From positions 41,480,001 through 41,544,000 of the forward strand of contig CM119371.1 of NCBI GenBank assembly GCA_051294905.1: DNA of 64,000 nt, given 5' to 3'. The notes under the pieces were generated by a model. That model saw nothing but the letters and a program-made list of their open reading frames with translations, did not search any database and was not told the DNA's origin. Both the position numbers and the translations under genes were made by a program. The DNA comes from Botryllus schlosseri (Eukaryota). This document shows, piece by piece, positions 39,101 through 51,100 of the stretch (position 1 is its first letter; each line of letters begins with the position of its first letter).

Positions 39101-42100
39101 GGTGATGCTGGAGGGCGTCCGAGGGCCGCAGCACGAGAGACACAAGCTGCGGCTTGGAATGGGCCAGTTGGGGCGCGAATATGATGATCAGGTCGCAGAC
39201 GCCCATGTAGCAGGCCTCCTTCACCTAAGAAAAGAAGTGTTACAGGACTAATGTGATTCGAGATGAAGGATACAGGAATCATTTTTAAAAATACCGATAT
39301 TAAAATAAGTTAATAAACTTTTTTGTTTTCACTACAATTGGTCACTTCTCACAACACAGAATAGCAAACAAAGCTGAGCATAATCACGATTTACAAAAAT
39401 ATATTCAGTTAGTGTATTACAGAGTCTATTACACAGGGTGGTTGTATGTCAATTCAGCTCGTAAAGAGTAATGCAACTAGACTTGAGTCAATCTGTGTAT
39501 TGACTTGAGTCAATCTGTGTATTGACTCGGCATGTACTCGAGTGATTGCGTATGACCCCGACCAAGTCATATGACTCGAGACTCAGATGGCCAAGACCGA
39601 CATTTCATTGTAATTTCGAAGAATAGTATCATAACCACACTGTTTATATTTCGTCTATTGTTACTTGAAAATGCGATCAGAAACTGCTAAAAGTGAGGAA
39701 AATTAGTATATTCTAAATACGAATCATTCGATATCACCAAACAGAGTTATAAAAAGTGGTTTTGACGAGACTTTAACTGGAAACTGAGCATTCAACGCAA
39801 TGACTTGGACTCAAACCCGGGTCATAATACCATGACTCGGACTGACTTGGACTTGACTCTGTGGTCTGTAGCATTTTCAGGAAAAACAGAAATACATATG
39901 GACATTAAAATAACCCCATGAAGTATAAATGTTGGCATTAATCCATGTACAGCTCAATTACACCAAGCCGACATCCGCTATTGCTGCCAGTGTTCTGCGC
40001 CTGTGTTACATCTGGTCTGCCACGGCTGAGGACATATCAGTGAAAAACAGGCTACTGATACCAATAACCATACACATATCAGTACAACCTTCAAGACTCC
40101 AACCTAGATATCTCTGAGATATATATAGGTACGTTTTTGATTTAAATAGTAATTACGGTGAGTGGAGAGTAAAACTTTCTTGAAAAGTGAAATGTTCTGA
40201 AAATCGCAAATTCAATAATTCTACTTCTAATATAATTTAGTAAAAACCGTGTAGGCCCTACTTGAAACTCTAATTCTATTCGAAGTCAGGAAAAACTGTA
40301 GCTCTAATTCATTTTAGCAATCATTCTAATTCATTAAGTGTAATTTGAAAACACATCTATGTGCTGGGATGCAGTACGTAAAACTGTAATTCATATCTAA
40401 TTTAGGAAAAAAAACTATCTACAATTCTATTTCTAATCTACGAAGAACTGTAACTTTACCTCTAATTTTAATCTAATTTGAGAATGAAATGTGGAGCTAT
40501 CATTCTAATTTTAGTGGAGTATGGAAAAAAACTATGTACTTGAAACGCTAATTGTTGCCTAATTTGAAGGAAAAAACTAGCATCCATTGTACTTCTAGTG
40601 TCATTTGAAAAAAAAATGTTCTTAAAACTCTAGTTATAATCCAACTTGAAAAAAAAGCTGTAATTCTAATATTAATCTAATTTGAAAAAAATTGAAGCTC
40701 TAATCCTAATTTTAATCTAATTTAAGAAAAAAAAGTGCAGTAATTATTCAAATATTAGTAGAATTTCGAAAAAAAACTATGTACTTGAACCTATAATTAT
40801 AATTTATTTTGAAACAAAATAGCTATCATTCTTAATCTAGTGTAATTTAGAAAGGAAAGGACGTAGTTTATTTTTGTCCTTGATGTTTTTGCGGCATATA
40901 CACCGACTCATGATATACATACACACGATCTGCGCATATGCGCAGATGAGTGCATGATGTGCATATGCCGCATGGACAAGGAAGTGCAGATATAGCCTTT
41001 ACGACTTTCTTAGTCATGCACCACCCCCTCCATGCTATCCCAGTAATGCATGAGCGCCAAGCAGGGAAGCCATGGATACCAGTGTTACTAATCAGGTCTT
41101 TGGTCTGACCCGGCCGGGAATCGAACCCACGACCTACCGATCAAGAAGCCGGACGCTTCACCATTACGCTATCTTGATCGAAAAAACTATGTACTTAAAT
41201 CTCTAACCCTAATCTAATTTGGAAAAAAACTAGCTACCATACTAATTCGAATCTAATTTAGACAAAACTATAGCTCCAATTCTAATTTTAATCTAATTTG
41301 AAAAAAAATGCGTAGCTGCCATTCTAATTCGTAAAAGGCCTCTCTTAATACTTTTGGGTGCATGGAATGCGACAGTATGCGCTCCGATATCTCCATGAAG
41401 TCAGTGGCAGTCTGGCGCAGGCGCTGTATCGCGTCTTTGTGCTCCTGTAAACCGGACCGGCCCTCTTCGTCTTGCTGTAGTATGACCGCAAATACGAACA
41501 TCAGGTCCACGTGCAGGAATCGGACGGCCTGCTCCAACATCTGCCAAAGGAGAGAAGTCGCAATGATATTAGTATCTCTCCGATAGTTACTGGCGCTTGA
41601 AAAATAAGGCCAGAAGCTGTCTCAAGGTCCCGAGTCAAAATCTCGCTTTTATAGCTTCGACTCGAGTCAAGTCGAGTCATTTTCAATTCACCACCGAGTC
41701 AAGCCCGAGTCCAAGATGAGTTAAAAATGTCTCATGTTTCGCGTTGTTTTAAATAATGACACTGAATGTATAGTATTTTCCTTGTAAATTAACCCTCAAT
41801 TTCTCATAACCTAATTTAACACATCCACTTGGCATTAATGTAATTCACTGGTGTGTATTTATAAATAAAATTCGCCACGGAATGTAACTTTAAACTTTTG
41901 GGTCTGCCCGCCGACCTACTTTTTGCTTCTTATTTGGCACGCGTGGAAATATAATTGCCCACCCCTGGTGTACAGACATTTCCCATTCACGTGCTTATCA
42001 GAATGATTTAATAGGAATTAAACTTTACTTTTGTTGTAGATATTTCTAGTTCGAAATTTAAGTCAATTTCCATGTTTTGAATTCAGTAACTGTAATTCTA

Positions 42101-45100
42101 ATCTAATCTGAAAAAAAACTGCAGCTCTAAATCTAACTGAATTTGGAAAATCTCAGCAAGCCACACATCGACCAAATCCGTCATTATGTCAAGCCCAAAA
42201 ACTCACATCGTCAGGCACAACGGTTGGCTTGCTAAGATGCATTTTGACGATGGAAAATACGGGCTCAGTCAGGTTGCAAGACGTCAAATCGTTGTGCATG
42301 TACAAGCGAGTTAAACGCTTCAACGCCTGCACCACGTTATAGACTTCTTCGTCGTCGGCGCCAGTGGTAGCGTCAGCAGCCTGAATGCGAGAAGAGAACT
42401 CGTATTAGCAAAAGGGTCAGACAGCGTGTTTGTGGTGAAACACTCTACCTTGTTTTTACAGTATCGAATTAGTTTAGCAAAAGAGGTCACTGCTCACTCA
42501 TGCCTTGTTTGAAAGAAGACATCTCTGTTGCCGTGATAATCACGTACTTATTCATACTAGGTATTATACGCTGTGTACTCCATAAGGAACTAACAAAAAC
42601 TTGTCTCTTTTCACAAGGTAATCTCGTCTTCTCGATTATATACACGCACGGCTGCCTTGCTCTCGCCTAGCTTCGTGGTGCAGTTGGTTAGGCGTTGAAC
42701 TTCTGAATCCAACGATATATTACTTATTGGTTTCACATCCCATTTAGGTCGTGTTATTCAGTTTTGAACATTGAAGCAAAATTTTTCGGAAGAAGCAACC
42801 AGAGCAAACCGGGTAAAGGAAATTTGTTATTTTTTCGGCCATATCAGTTTCATTTCACTTTGTGACAATGCACAGATACCACATGTCAACTAGGGCTGTT
42901 CAAAATAACTCTATTTTGTCAAATTTTACTAGCTACTTGTTAAAATTGTAAGGTTTTCCAAAAACACACTGCCATTTGTGTGCCTTGGAGTCGACTTTAA
43001 CAAAATACACCAACCAAAACTCTGTCAACAAAAGGAGTTCGTGTACCATCTAAAAATAGTACATTGAACGCTCTCTCGTTCGAGATTTCATGCTGGTGAC
43101 GTCGTATTTTGTGATACGATTGTTGATATAGGCCTACATTGTTCTTTCCGATTCTCTACTTGTTGCTGACGATTACCCCTGACGAGTGTCAGCCGAAAAT
43201 ATTCGGGTTCATTTCAATATGAATATACTATTCAATTAAACACGCTCTACACCAGATTTAACTCAATTCCAACCAGTACAAGCAGAGTTATTGGTGTTCA
43301 AAATGTTGGACTTGGACAAAACAGTTTTTACGGCGGCAAATTCTACCCACCGTAAATACTATGATTTGAAATCTAAAATTTTGAAAATCAATAACTTGGC
43401 TTCTATGGGTTGCAATTGAGCCAAATTTATTGCGCATAGTTTTTTCAGGCAAATTAACAAGTTAATGGGGTAGCCAGTCAAACTTGACAAATTTGTATAT
43501 TTGTTTCATTAAATAAATTGAAAATGTTCTTCTACAATAACTCCGCTTCCACTGGTTGGAATCGATTCAAAATTATTGTGCAGTGTTTTTTTTAGGTAAC
43601 CCAACAATTTTATCAAGTAGCCAGTCACATTTGGAAAAAAAACTATTTTGTGATGTGACCAATTGTGATTTAAGGCTTCCACAATGCAAAATAGTATCGG
43701 AACTATAAATCTCGTTGAAAAATTAATTCGTAGTGGCAAGGACTGGATATTTTCAGTACTCAGAGCCCTAGTTCTTATACGTCTCCGAGTAGGTCCAATA
43801 AAACAATATTCCTATCAAGTCTCTGTAAAGTTCCACGAAAAATCGCATCCAACTCACCGCGTCTTTAAATATGTCCAGGGCCAGGTTGAAATTTTCGGCC
43901 CACGAATCGATCACGGTCTGACGTCCGACCTGGGCTTTGGCCGACATGGTGTAATCATTGTCGCACAGGGAATGATACGTCATAGAAGCTTGCTCCAACA
44001 GGTCGATATCAGTATGCTTGTCGATGATGACAGCCAACTGACTCAGTAGGAGTTCCAAGTGTTTCTCCAGTCTACGAGGACAAAATTAGAATCTTGATTT
44101 TACGAAAAATTCAACCAAGAAGTCGATAAAGCCTCGATGTGACCAAATCTTCAATATTTTAGAAAAAAAAATTGGCAAAACCAATCATTTTGGAGTAATG
44201 TCAGAGTGGTAAAATCTAAAGGTGGAGTTAAAATTATTGATATTAACCATGGTTGCAATGACTTGAGTCATAAGTCAACTTGAGTTACGATTTTTGGTGA
44301 CTCAGCTTGACTGGAACCATTTTTCAAAACACGTAAAATGACTCGACAGACACGAAACCTTGTGGCTTGGTTACAACCCTATTAACTTTATTATCGACTA
44401 TAATATTAAAGGAAACTAAATAAAATCATTATATATACCATTTTATTATCATATAGTGATACAATATTATATATAATGTTACACTTGTGAATATTGTGTT
44501 AAATAAATTGATTTTAATCAATTTCAATCCAAATAACAAAGGAGTGGTAAAATCAAAACATTTGATAGTGACCGAAAAAGACCCCTAAAATCGAAATCCA
44601 AATTCTGTCCGCCACAAAACGCTAGGATTTTACCATATCGATGGTAGAACACTCAAAGACATCTGAATCTGAAAGCAAATTTTCACATCAAATGAAATCC
44701 AGAAAAACGTTCAGATTGAAGCTTATCGCTAAATCAAAGGTTCTCGATCATTTTGAGCTGCAGCATTTTCGGCTGAAAGTGTGGTTACACTGATGATAAT
44801 ATGAGTGTTGCTAATAGCTATACAACGTCCTTTGGAAATCTCAATTAGTTGATGACACAACACAAATACCGCCGATGGGTGCCCCTGGAAAATGTTAAGA
44901 GTTTATTTCAATATGAATGCCATCAATTGCCAACACGGGGTATAGGCATATGATAATATTACGGCGTACCTGCTCGACGTGTAAAGCTCCAGGTCGAAAA
45001 ACCTTGGAATCTGCAGCAGCAGTGTGACTTTCTCCTTGTCGACCTGGTACTTGTTAAGCAGCGATGGCAAGGCGACTGCAAAGTGCTCCGTCAACCGCAC

Positions 45101-48100
45101 CCTGTCCTCGATAACCGTTCTCTTGTCTCGAATCGGGAGTTTCTGTACAAAAAATTTGGGTAGAGTCAGTAATCATTACAAGCACGATGATTCGTCAACC
45201 CATTACTCCAGTTTTTTTAGTCCAAAAAACGGTTTATACTTTTTAAAAGACACTTAAGTCATTGATTTCTCAAAATCTGCAAAGTAGGCCAGGGGCCAGG
45301 GCATAAAAAGTTTGGGTATCCCAGGTTTATATACTTGTCATTGTGCCGTTAATTTTTAGTTTATGGATGATAGCGCAATCAAGCAGTATCACCCACCAAA
45401 CTAAATATTCCTATTTATATTTATCAATTCTTCTGTATTAACAATGGATGACAAAACTCTCACCTTCGAATGGCCCTGCCGACCGGTGGGCGGGCACCCC
45501 TCCGCGGCCTGCTTGACGCTGCACACCATAATGTCGACTAGCGCGCTTTCTTGGCGCGTGTCCAGCTGGTCCCTGTCGTTGGCGGGTTCCTCCAGGAGCA
45601 GGTCGGACATACAGTCCCAGTCTTTCAACATGCCACCCGCCACGTCCCAGAGCGCGTCCACAAGGTACGTGGCGTGTTCGTGAAGCTGAAACGGACAGGA
45701 CCAAGCTATATTTGGCTGACAACAGTTGCAGTTCAGAGACAAGAGCACATTTTGCACTCCAGTAAGCAATGTCAGCTTCTTAAATGGGTGGTGATGGAGC
45801 CAGACCTGTGCGAACTACTGCATTTTCGAAGTACGCAACTACAACTAAAACTATTCACTTTTCGGAATTTAATAACTCACACACCGACTCAAAACTTATT
45901 ACTTGATTTGAAGATTACTACCTAATTTCAAATCAGATGAGTCACATACTCGACTCAAAGATTAATACTTGTTTCAAAGCTTAATAATTGATTCGAAGAT
46001 TAATAGTAAATTTGACATCGAATGACTCAAACTCACACTCAAAGTTTAATACTTGATTCGAAGCTTAAAACTCTACTCAAAGATTAATACTTGACTTAAA
46101 GATTAATACCAAATTTAAGATCAAATGAGTCACATACTCGACTCAAAGATTAATACTTGTTTCAAAGCTTAATAATTGATTCGAAGATTAATAGTAAATT
46201 TGACATCGAATGACTCAAACTCACACTCAAAGTTTAATACTTGATTCGAAGCTTAAAACTCTACTCAAAGATTAATACTTGACTTAAAGATTAATACCAA
46301 ATTTAAGATCAAATGAGTCACATACTCGACTCAAAGATTAATACTTGTTTCAAAGCTTAATAATTGATTCGAAGATTAATAGTAAATTTGACATCGAATG
46401 ACTCAAACTCACACTCAAAGTTTAATACTTGATTCGAAGCTTAAAACTCTACTCAAAGATTAATACTTGACTTAAAGATCAATACCAAATTTAAGATCAA
46501 ATGAGTCACATACTCGACTCAAAGTTTACTTGTTCTGAAGCTTAATACTAACTCATTCTCGATACTCGACTCAAGTAAATATTCAATTCCAAGGCTTAAT
46601 ACTAAAATTAAAATCGAATGAATTACGTGCTCAAATATTCGAGTCAAAGCTCACTACTTCATAAGTATAGAATGACTCGATTATGGTTATCGCTACTCAA
46701 CAGGGTTGTAACCAAGTCGCAAGGTTCCGAGCCACAAGTCAATCTCAGTTTTATTGTCTTGACTCGAGTCAAGTCGAGTCATTTCCAATTCATCACCGAC
46801 TCAAGTCCGAGTCCAAGTCATAATGTTAGCTGTTCCGTTTTGAGCTCAATCAGGTTCAACCCACTTTTTCAACTCTGTTTGAGTGATATAAAATTGCTCA
46901 CATTCATAACATAGTAATTTTCCTCAGTCTTGACTGTTTCTGGCCCTATTTTTCAAGTTCCAGTCTGACTGATAGACGAAATACCAATCATGTGCCAACT
47001 TTACTATTCTTCGAAGTTACAATGAAATGCCGGTCTTAGCCGTCGTAGTCTCGAGTCATATGACGTGGTTCGAGTCATGTACATTGTACAATGACTTGAG
47101 TATATATCGAGTCGATACAAATTTTGACTCAATTCCAGTCCCCTAGTATAGAATTGAAATCAGCGCAAATCACTGTACCTCGCTTTCGATGAAAAACAGC
47201 ACCAAGTCCGTGATAAGGGGCGCGTTGGGGCTTCTCCTGCGCCCTCTTTTCGTGTACCCGGGCGTCACTTCCTTGTTCGAGAACAGCTGCTTGTTCAGGA
47301 ATTCCGCGGCCGCCACGGCAACGGGCCGGTGCACCGAGTAAACTAGCTGGTAAACGCTTTCCGCGTCCCCAGACGATAGCACAGGCGTGTCGTAACCGCA
47401 ATGGCTGAAAAGAGAAGAAGGATTGACAGATGATTTGAAAGATGTTATCCAAATTTTTTCAGGATTCAAGATCCAAATTCAAGTCTAGAATTTTGACGCG
47501 ACAGATGATATTTTTTCGAGTAATAGAGTTATACACCTCTTGATACTAAGATTGAATTGATCAGTCATAATTATAGTTTCAATACTATCACCCATAGGCG
47601 CCGAACGCTAATTTTCCTTAGGCATGCGAGTTCGATGACGTCACAAAGGAATGACGTCATGATCCGACGGAATTGATAATTAGGGATAATATAGCATCAA
47701 TTCATGAGGGTTAAGTGCCTGCATAAATGCCGATTATGCAATATCTGCGTGTTAACCAACTTACGCGTATGATAAGCTTGTCAACGAGTCCGGAAGTGCT
47801 GTCAATTAGCGAGTCCCTGATCGCTAGCGAACAATTAAATACGCCGCTTATCAACGCGTTTCACGTAACCTCGGCGACGATTTGCGCAAGGCAAAATGTC
47901 AGAGTTGTTATGGAATCTGTTCTATAATGGCACCGATTTCAGGTTATTCAAACCTTTCCCGTCTTTTACAACTCAAGCCTTGACAGTTGACACACATCTT
48001 CTGATGGTTATGTTTAGGTATTAGCGGGATTCACTTACGCATGCACGGCGCACTCACAATCGCACATGTCTGCGGACATTCGATGTCATTCAGGTTAGCG

Positions 48101-51100
48101 ATGTCGCTCTTTAATTACAATCGCTAACCAACAAACACCTAACGGCATTGTCACCAAGCCATCGAAAGAATTGAGCTAGCGCACGCTAGGCTCGAGAGAT
48201 GGGAGCCAACGCATGCTCGGCTCTAGACGCGATAGTTAGCCAGCGATGATATCTTTCGTACCAGGCCTGTTGCAGATGCGATTGTGTAGGCAAGCGATAA
48301 TATCGTGTGCGCCAATGCAGATGCGAATGTGCAGGCAGCGATGGCACCGGGCCTACTGCTGATGTGATTGTTCATCATGCTCAAGCGAGTGAAACTAGGC
48401 TTGTAGGAGACGCGATAAAGCAGGCAAGCGTCCCAAGCGATGATTGCCGAACGCACGGCAATCAATGACACAATTTCGCGATCATCTCAGCGGGAGATCG
48501 TGTCGCGTTACATTGTGCACAGACATATCTCGTTAATTGGCAACGCGCTTGTAGCTAATTGGCCGCGCGCAATGGGTTACCTCGCTCACATAAGCGGTAG
48601 CAGGTAATGGCGTAAACGGAAATACATTGCGATTCGTTCTAAATAACACAATCGGGGATTATGCCGATTCATGCCGAACCGAATTCTAGGCATGCCGCAT
48701 GCCTAAAAAAATGTCTAGGCATGCCTGGCATGCCTTGCATGCCCAGGTTCGGCGCCTATGCTATCACCAACTGCGTAAGGTTATAAATAGGGCGATTTTG
48801 TTTACCTAAAAAACAGAAAATTTTGACCTAAAATATCAAAATTTTGAGACTTTGTTGACCTCTAAAAATTTAATTTTGACAGAATTTTGACCTCGTTTAT
48901 GCAAATTAGCAGGGTTATATTGACTCGAGTCATTTTCTCAAAATAAGGAAATGACTCGACCCGAGTCAATTTGTGTATTGACTCAACTTGGACTCGAGTC
49001 ATTGCGCATGACTCAAACCAAGTCATATGACTCGAGACTTAGACGGCCAATACCGGCATTTTATTGTAATTTCGAATAATAGTAGAGTCACCACACTATT
49101 GGTATTTCGTCTATTGGCAGGCCTACTGGTAACTTGCAAATGCGACCAGAAACTGCTCATAATGAGTAAAATTAGTAGCCTATATTATAAATGCAAACCA
49201 TTCGATATCACCAAACAGAGTTATAAAAAGTGGGTTTCACAAGATTTTAATTGGAAACCGAGCAGTCAACACAATTACTTGGACTCGGACTCGAGTCATA
49301 ATACCATGACTCGGACTCGACCCTCTGCCCGCTGACTTGGACTCGGACTTTACTCGGTGGGGAATTGAAAATGACTCGAGTCAAAACTATAAAAGTGAGA
49401 TTGACTTGTGACTCGGAGCCATGTCCACCTTTTTATTTCATTTGACCGTTTATGATTCACAATGAGCAGATAACGGGCCATCTACAACGGTAGGCCTATA
49501 AAGTAGGCTACAAGATGTGAAATGATAAGTTCAACGACAGTGCAAAAAAATTTTGACTTTGTCAACAATTTTGACAATTTTTTTACCTAACGATACAATT
49601 TTGACGAATTATTGACTTTTTTGACATGCAAACGCTACAAGCGCAAACATAGTTTGGGAGTGCAATAAATATCACAATTATTTTGCAGCTAGGGTAGAGT
49701 ATGCTATCAGGTTTAAAGAAGTTTAAGAAAACTGAAACTGAACAAGAGCTTCTAATTGACTTAACACATAACACAAAAAAACTCACTCCAATATCATAAT
49801 CAGCAGCTTTACAGCCAGCACGGACACGTCATATTCCTTGTCCACAGTCATAGACACAATGCGGTCCTTGAATCGGCTGGTGAACAGCTTCAAGTCTTTG
49901 GTCATGTCTTCGTGTTGATAGAGTCCGTTCAGGGTTTGGAGACATTTCATGCGCACTTCCTTTTGCTGGGAAATAAATCCGGGATAACGAGTATGTTTCT
50001 ATTAAGAGGGTGCTGAAAATAACTTTTTTACCAGATTCCAGGGATTCACTGTGTAAATGGCTAGGTTGCCTAAAAATTTGCTGCACACTAAATTAGGCTC
50101 AATTCCAGTAGAATCCGACACAGAGCCTATTAAAATTTTTGTAATCATGATAAAAAGTGAAAATTTTTTCATCCAAATTACACTTGTCAACGCCATGAAA
50201 TTATTAAGCTGTCTGCAAAAACGATGCAAAACAAATTTGACGCTATTTCAAACCGTAGAAGCCAAGTTATTTGAGTTTTTCCTTCATAATTCCGGTATTT
50301 TCAATCGTAAACGCTATTTTCGCAAATCCAAAACTCTCAACTGCAATAACATCACTTCTTTGGGTTGGAATTTCGTCCAATTTGTTTTTCAACGTTTTCG
50401 TAGACAGTTCAACAATTTCATGGTTATACCGCAAAAATTTTAAAACCAAATTTCTTCATTTTTTATCATGAATACAAAAATTTCAATTGGCTCTGTGTTG
50501 GCGTATACAGATTGGAATTGAGCCAAATTTGTTGTTCTTGAGTATTAAAGTACTGTAAAATATTATTTGAAATGCTAGTTATAACATATTCTCTCCCAGA
50601 ACAGCTTTTCAATCTTACATGAAATTTTATTAATATCAGTACCTTGTCATGGAGCGTCCACCCCACATATTTCAGATAGCTGTCGGTGAGGAAGACTTTC
50701 GGAAACATCTTCATCCAGACGCCGATTTCTTCCATACAGAGGGCGCGGATGTCGGCCAGAAAGTCACGGTACCGATGTACGAAGATACCCTGAACAATGA
50801 TGTCAGGGTAGCTAATGTAATCAGACAGAGTGATTTTGGTTGAATTTTTTTTCTAATTTCGAGTTTTATTCAATTTCTAAGTTTTTGCGAGTTCATGGCT
50901 AACTCTAATTCTAATCTTTTAGAAAAATATGTGTAGCGATTATCTCAAATATATACTAATTTGGAAAATCTGAAATCTGAAATCTGAGATGGTGACTAGG
51001 AGCCAAGATAAACCAGGGTTGTAATGACTCGACTCGCGATTTTTCGGTGACTCGACTCGACTCAATTGCGCACGACTCGGACCAAGTCACATGACTCAAG

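Noticed and set aside
13309..41173. tRNA genes at about 13310 and 41100-41173
   Set aside because: A/B boxes are present but I could not build a complete cloverleaf, and both continue into SINE-like bodies.
45937..46524. CRISPR-like array
   Set aside because: Units are identical head-to-tail with no unique spacers, there are no cas genes, and the context is a eukaryotic intron.
47727..49335. Short ORFs inside MITEs and non-autonomous elements
   Set aside because: They lie within TIR-bounded repeats and show no transposase motifs.
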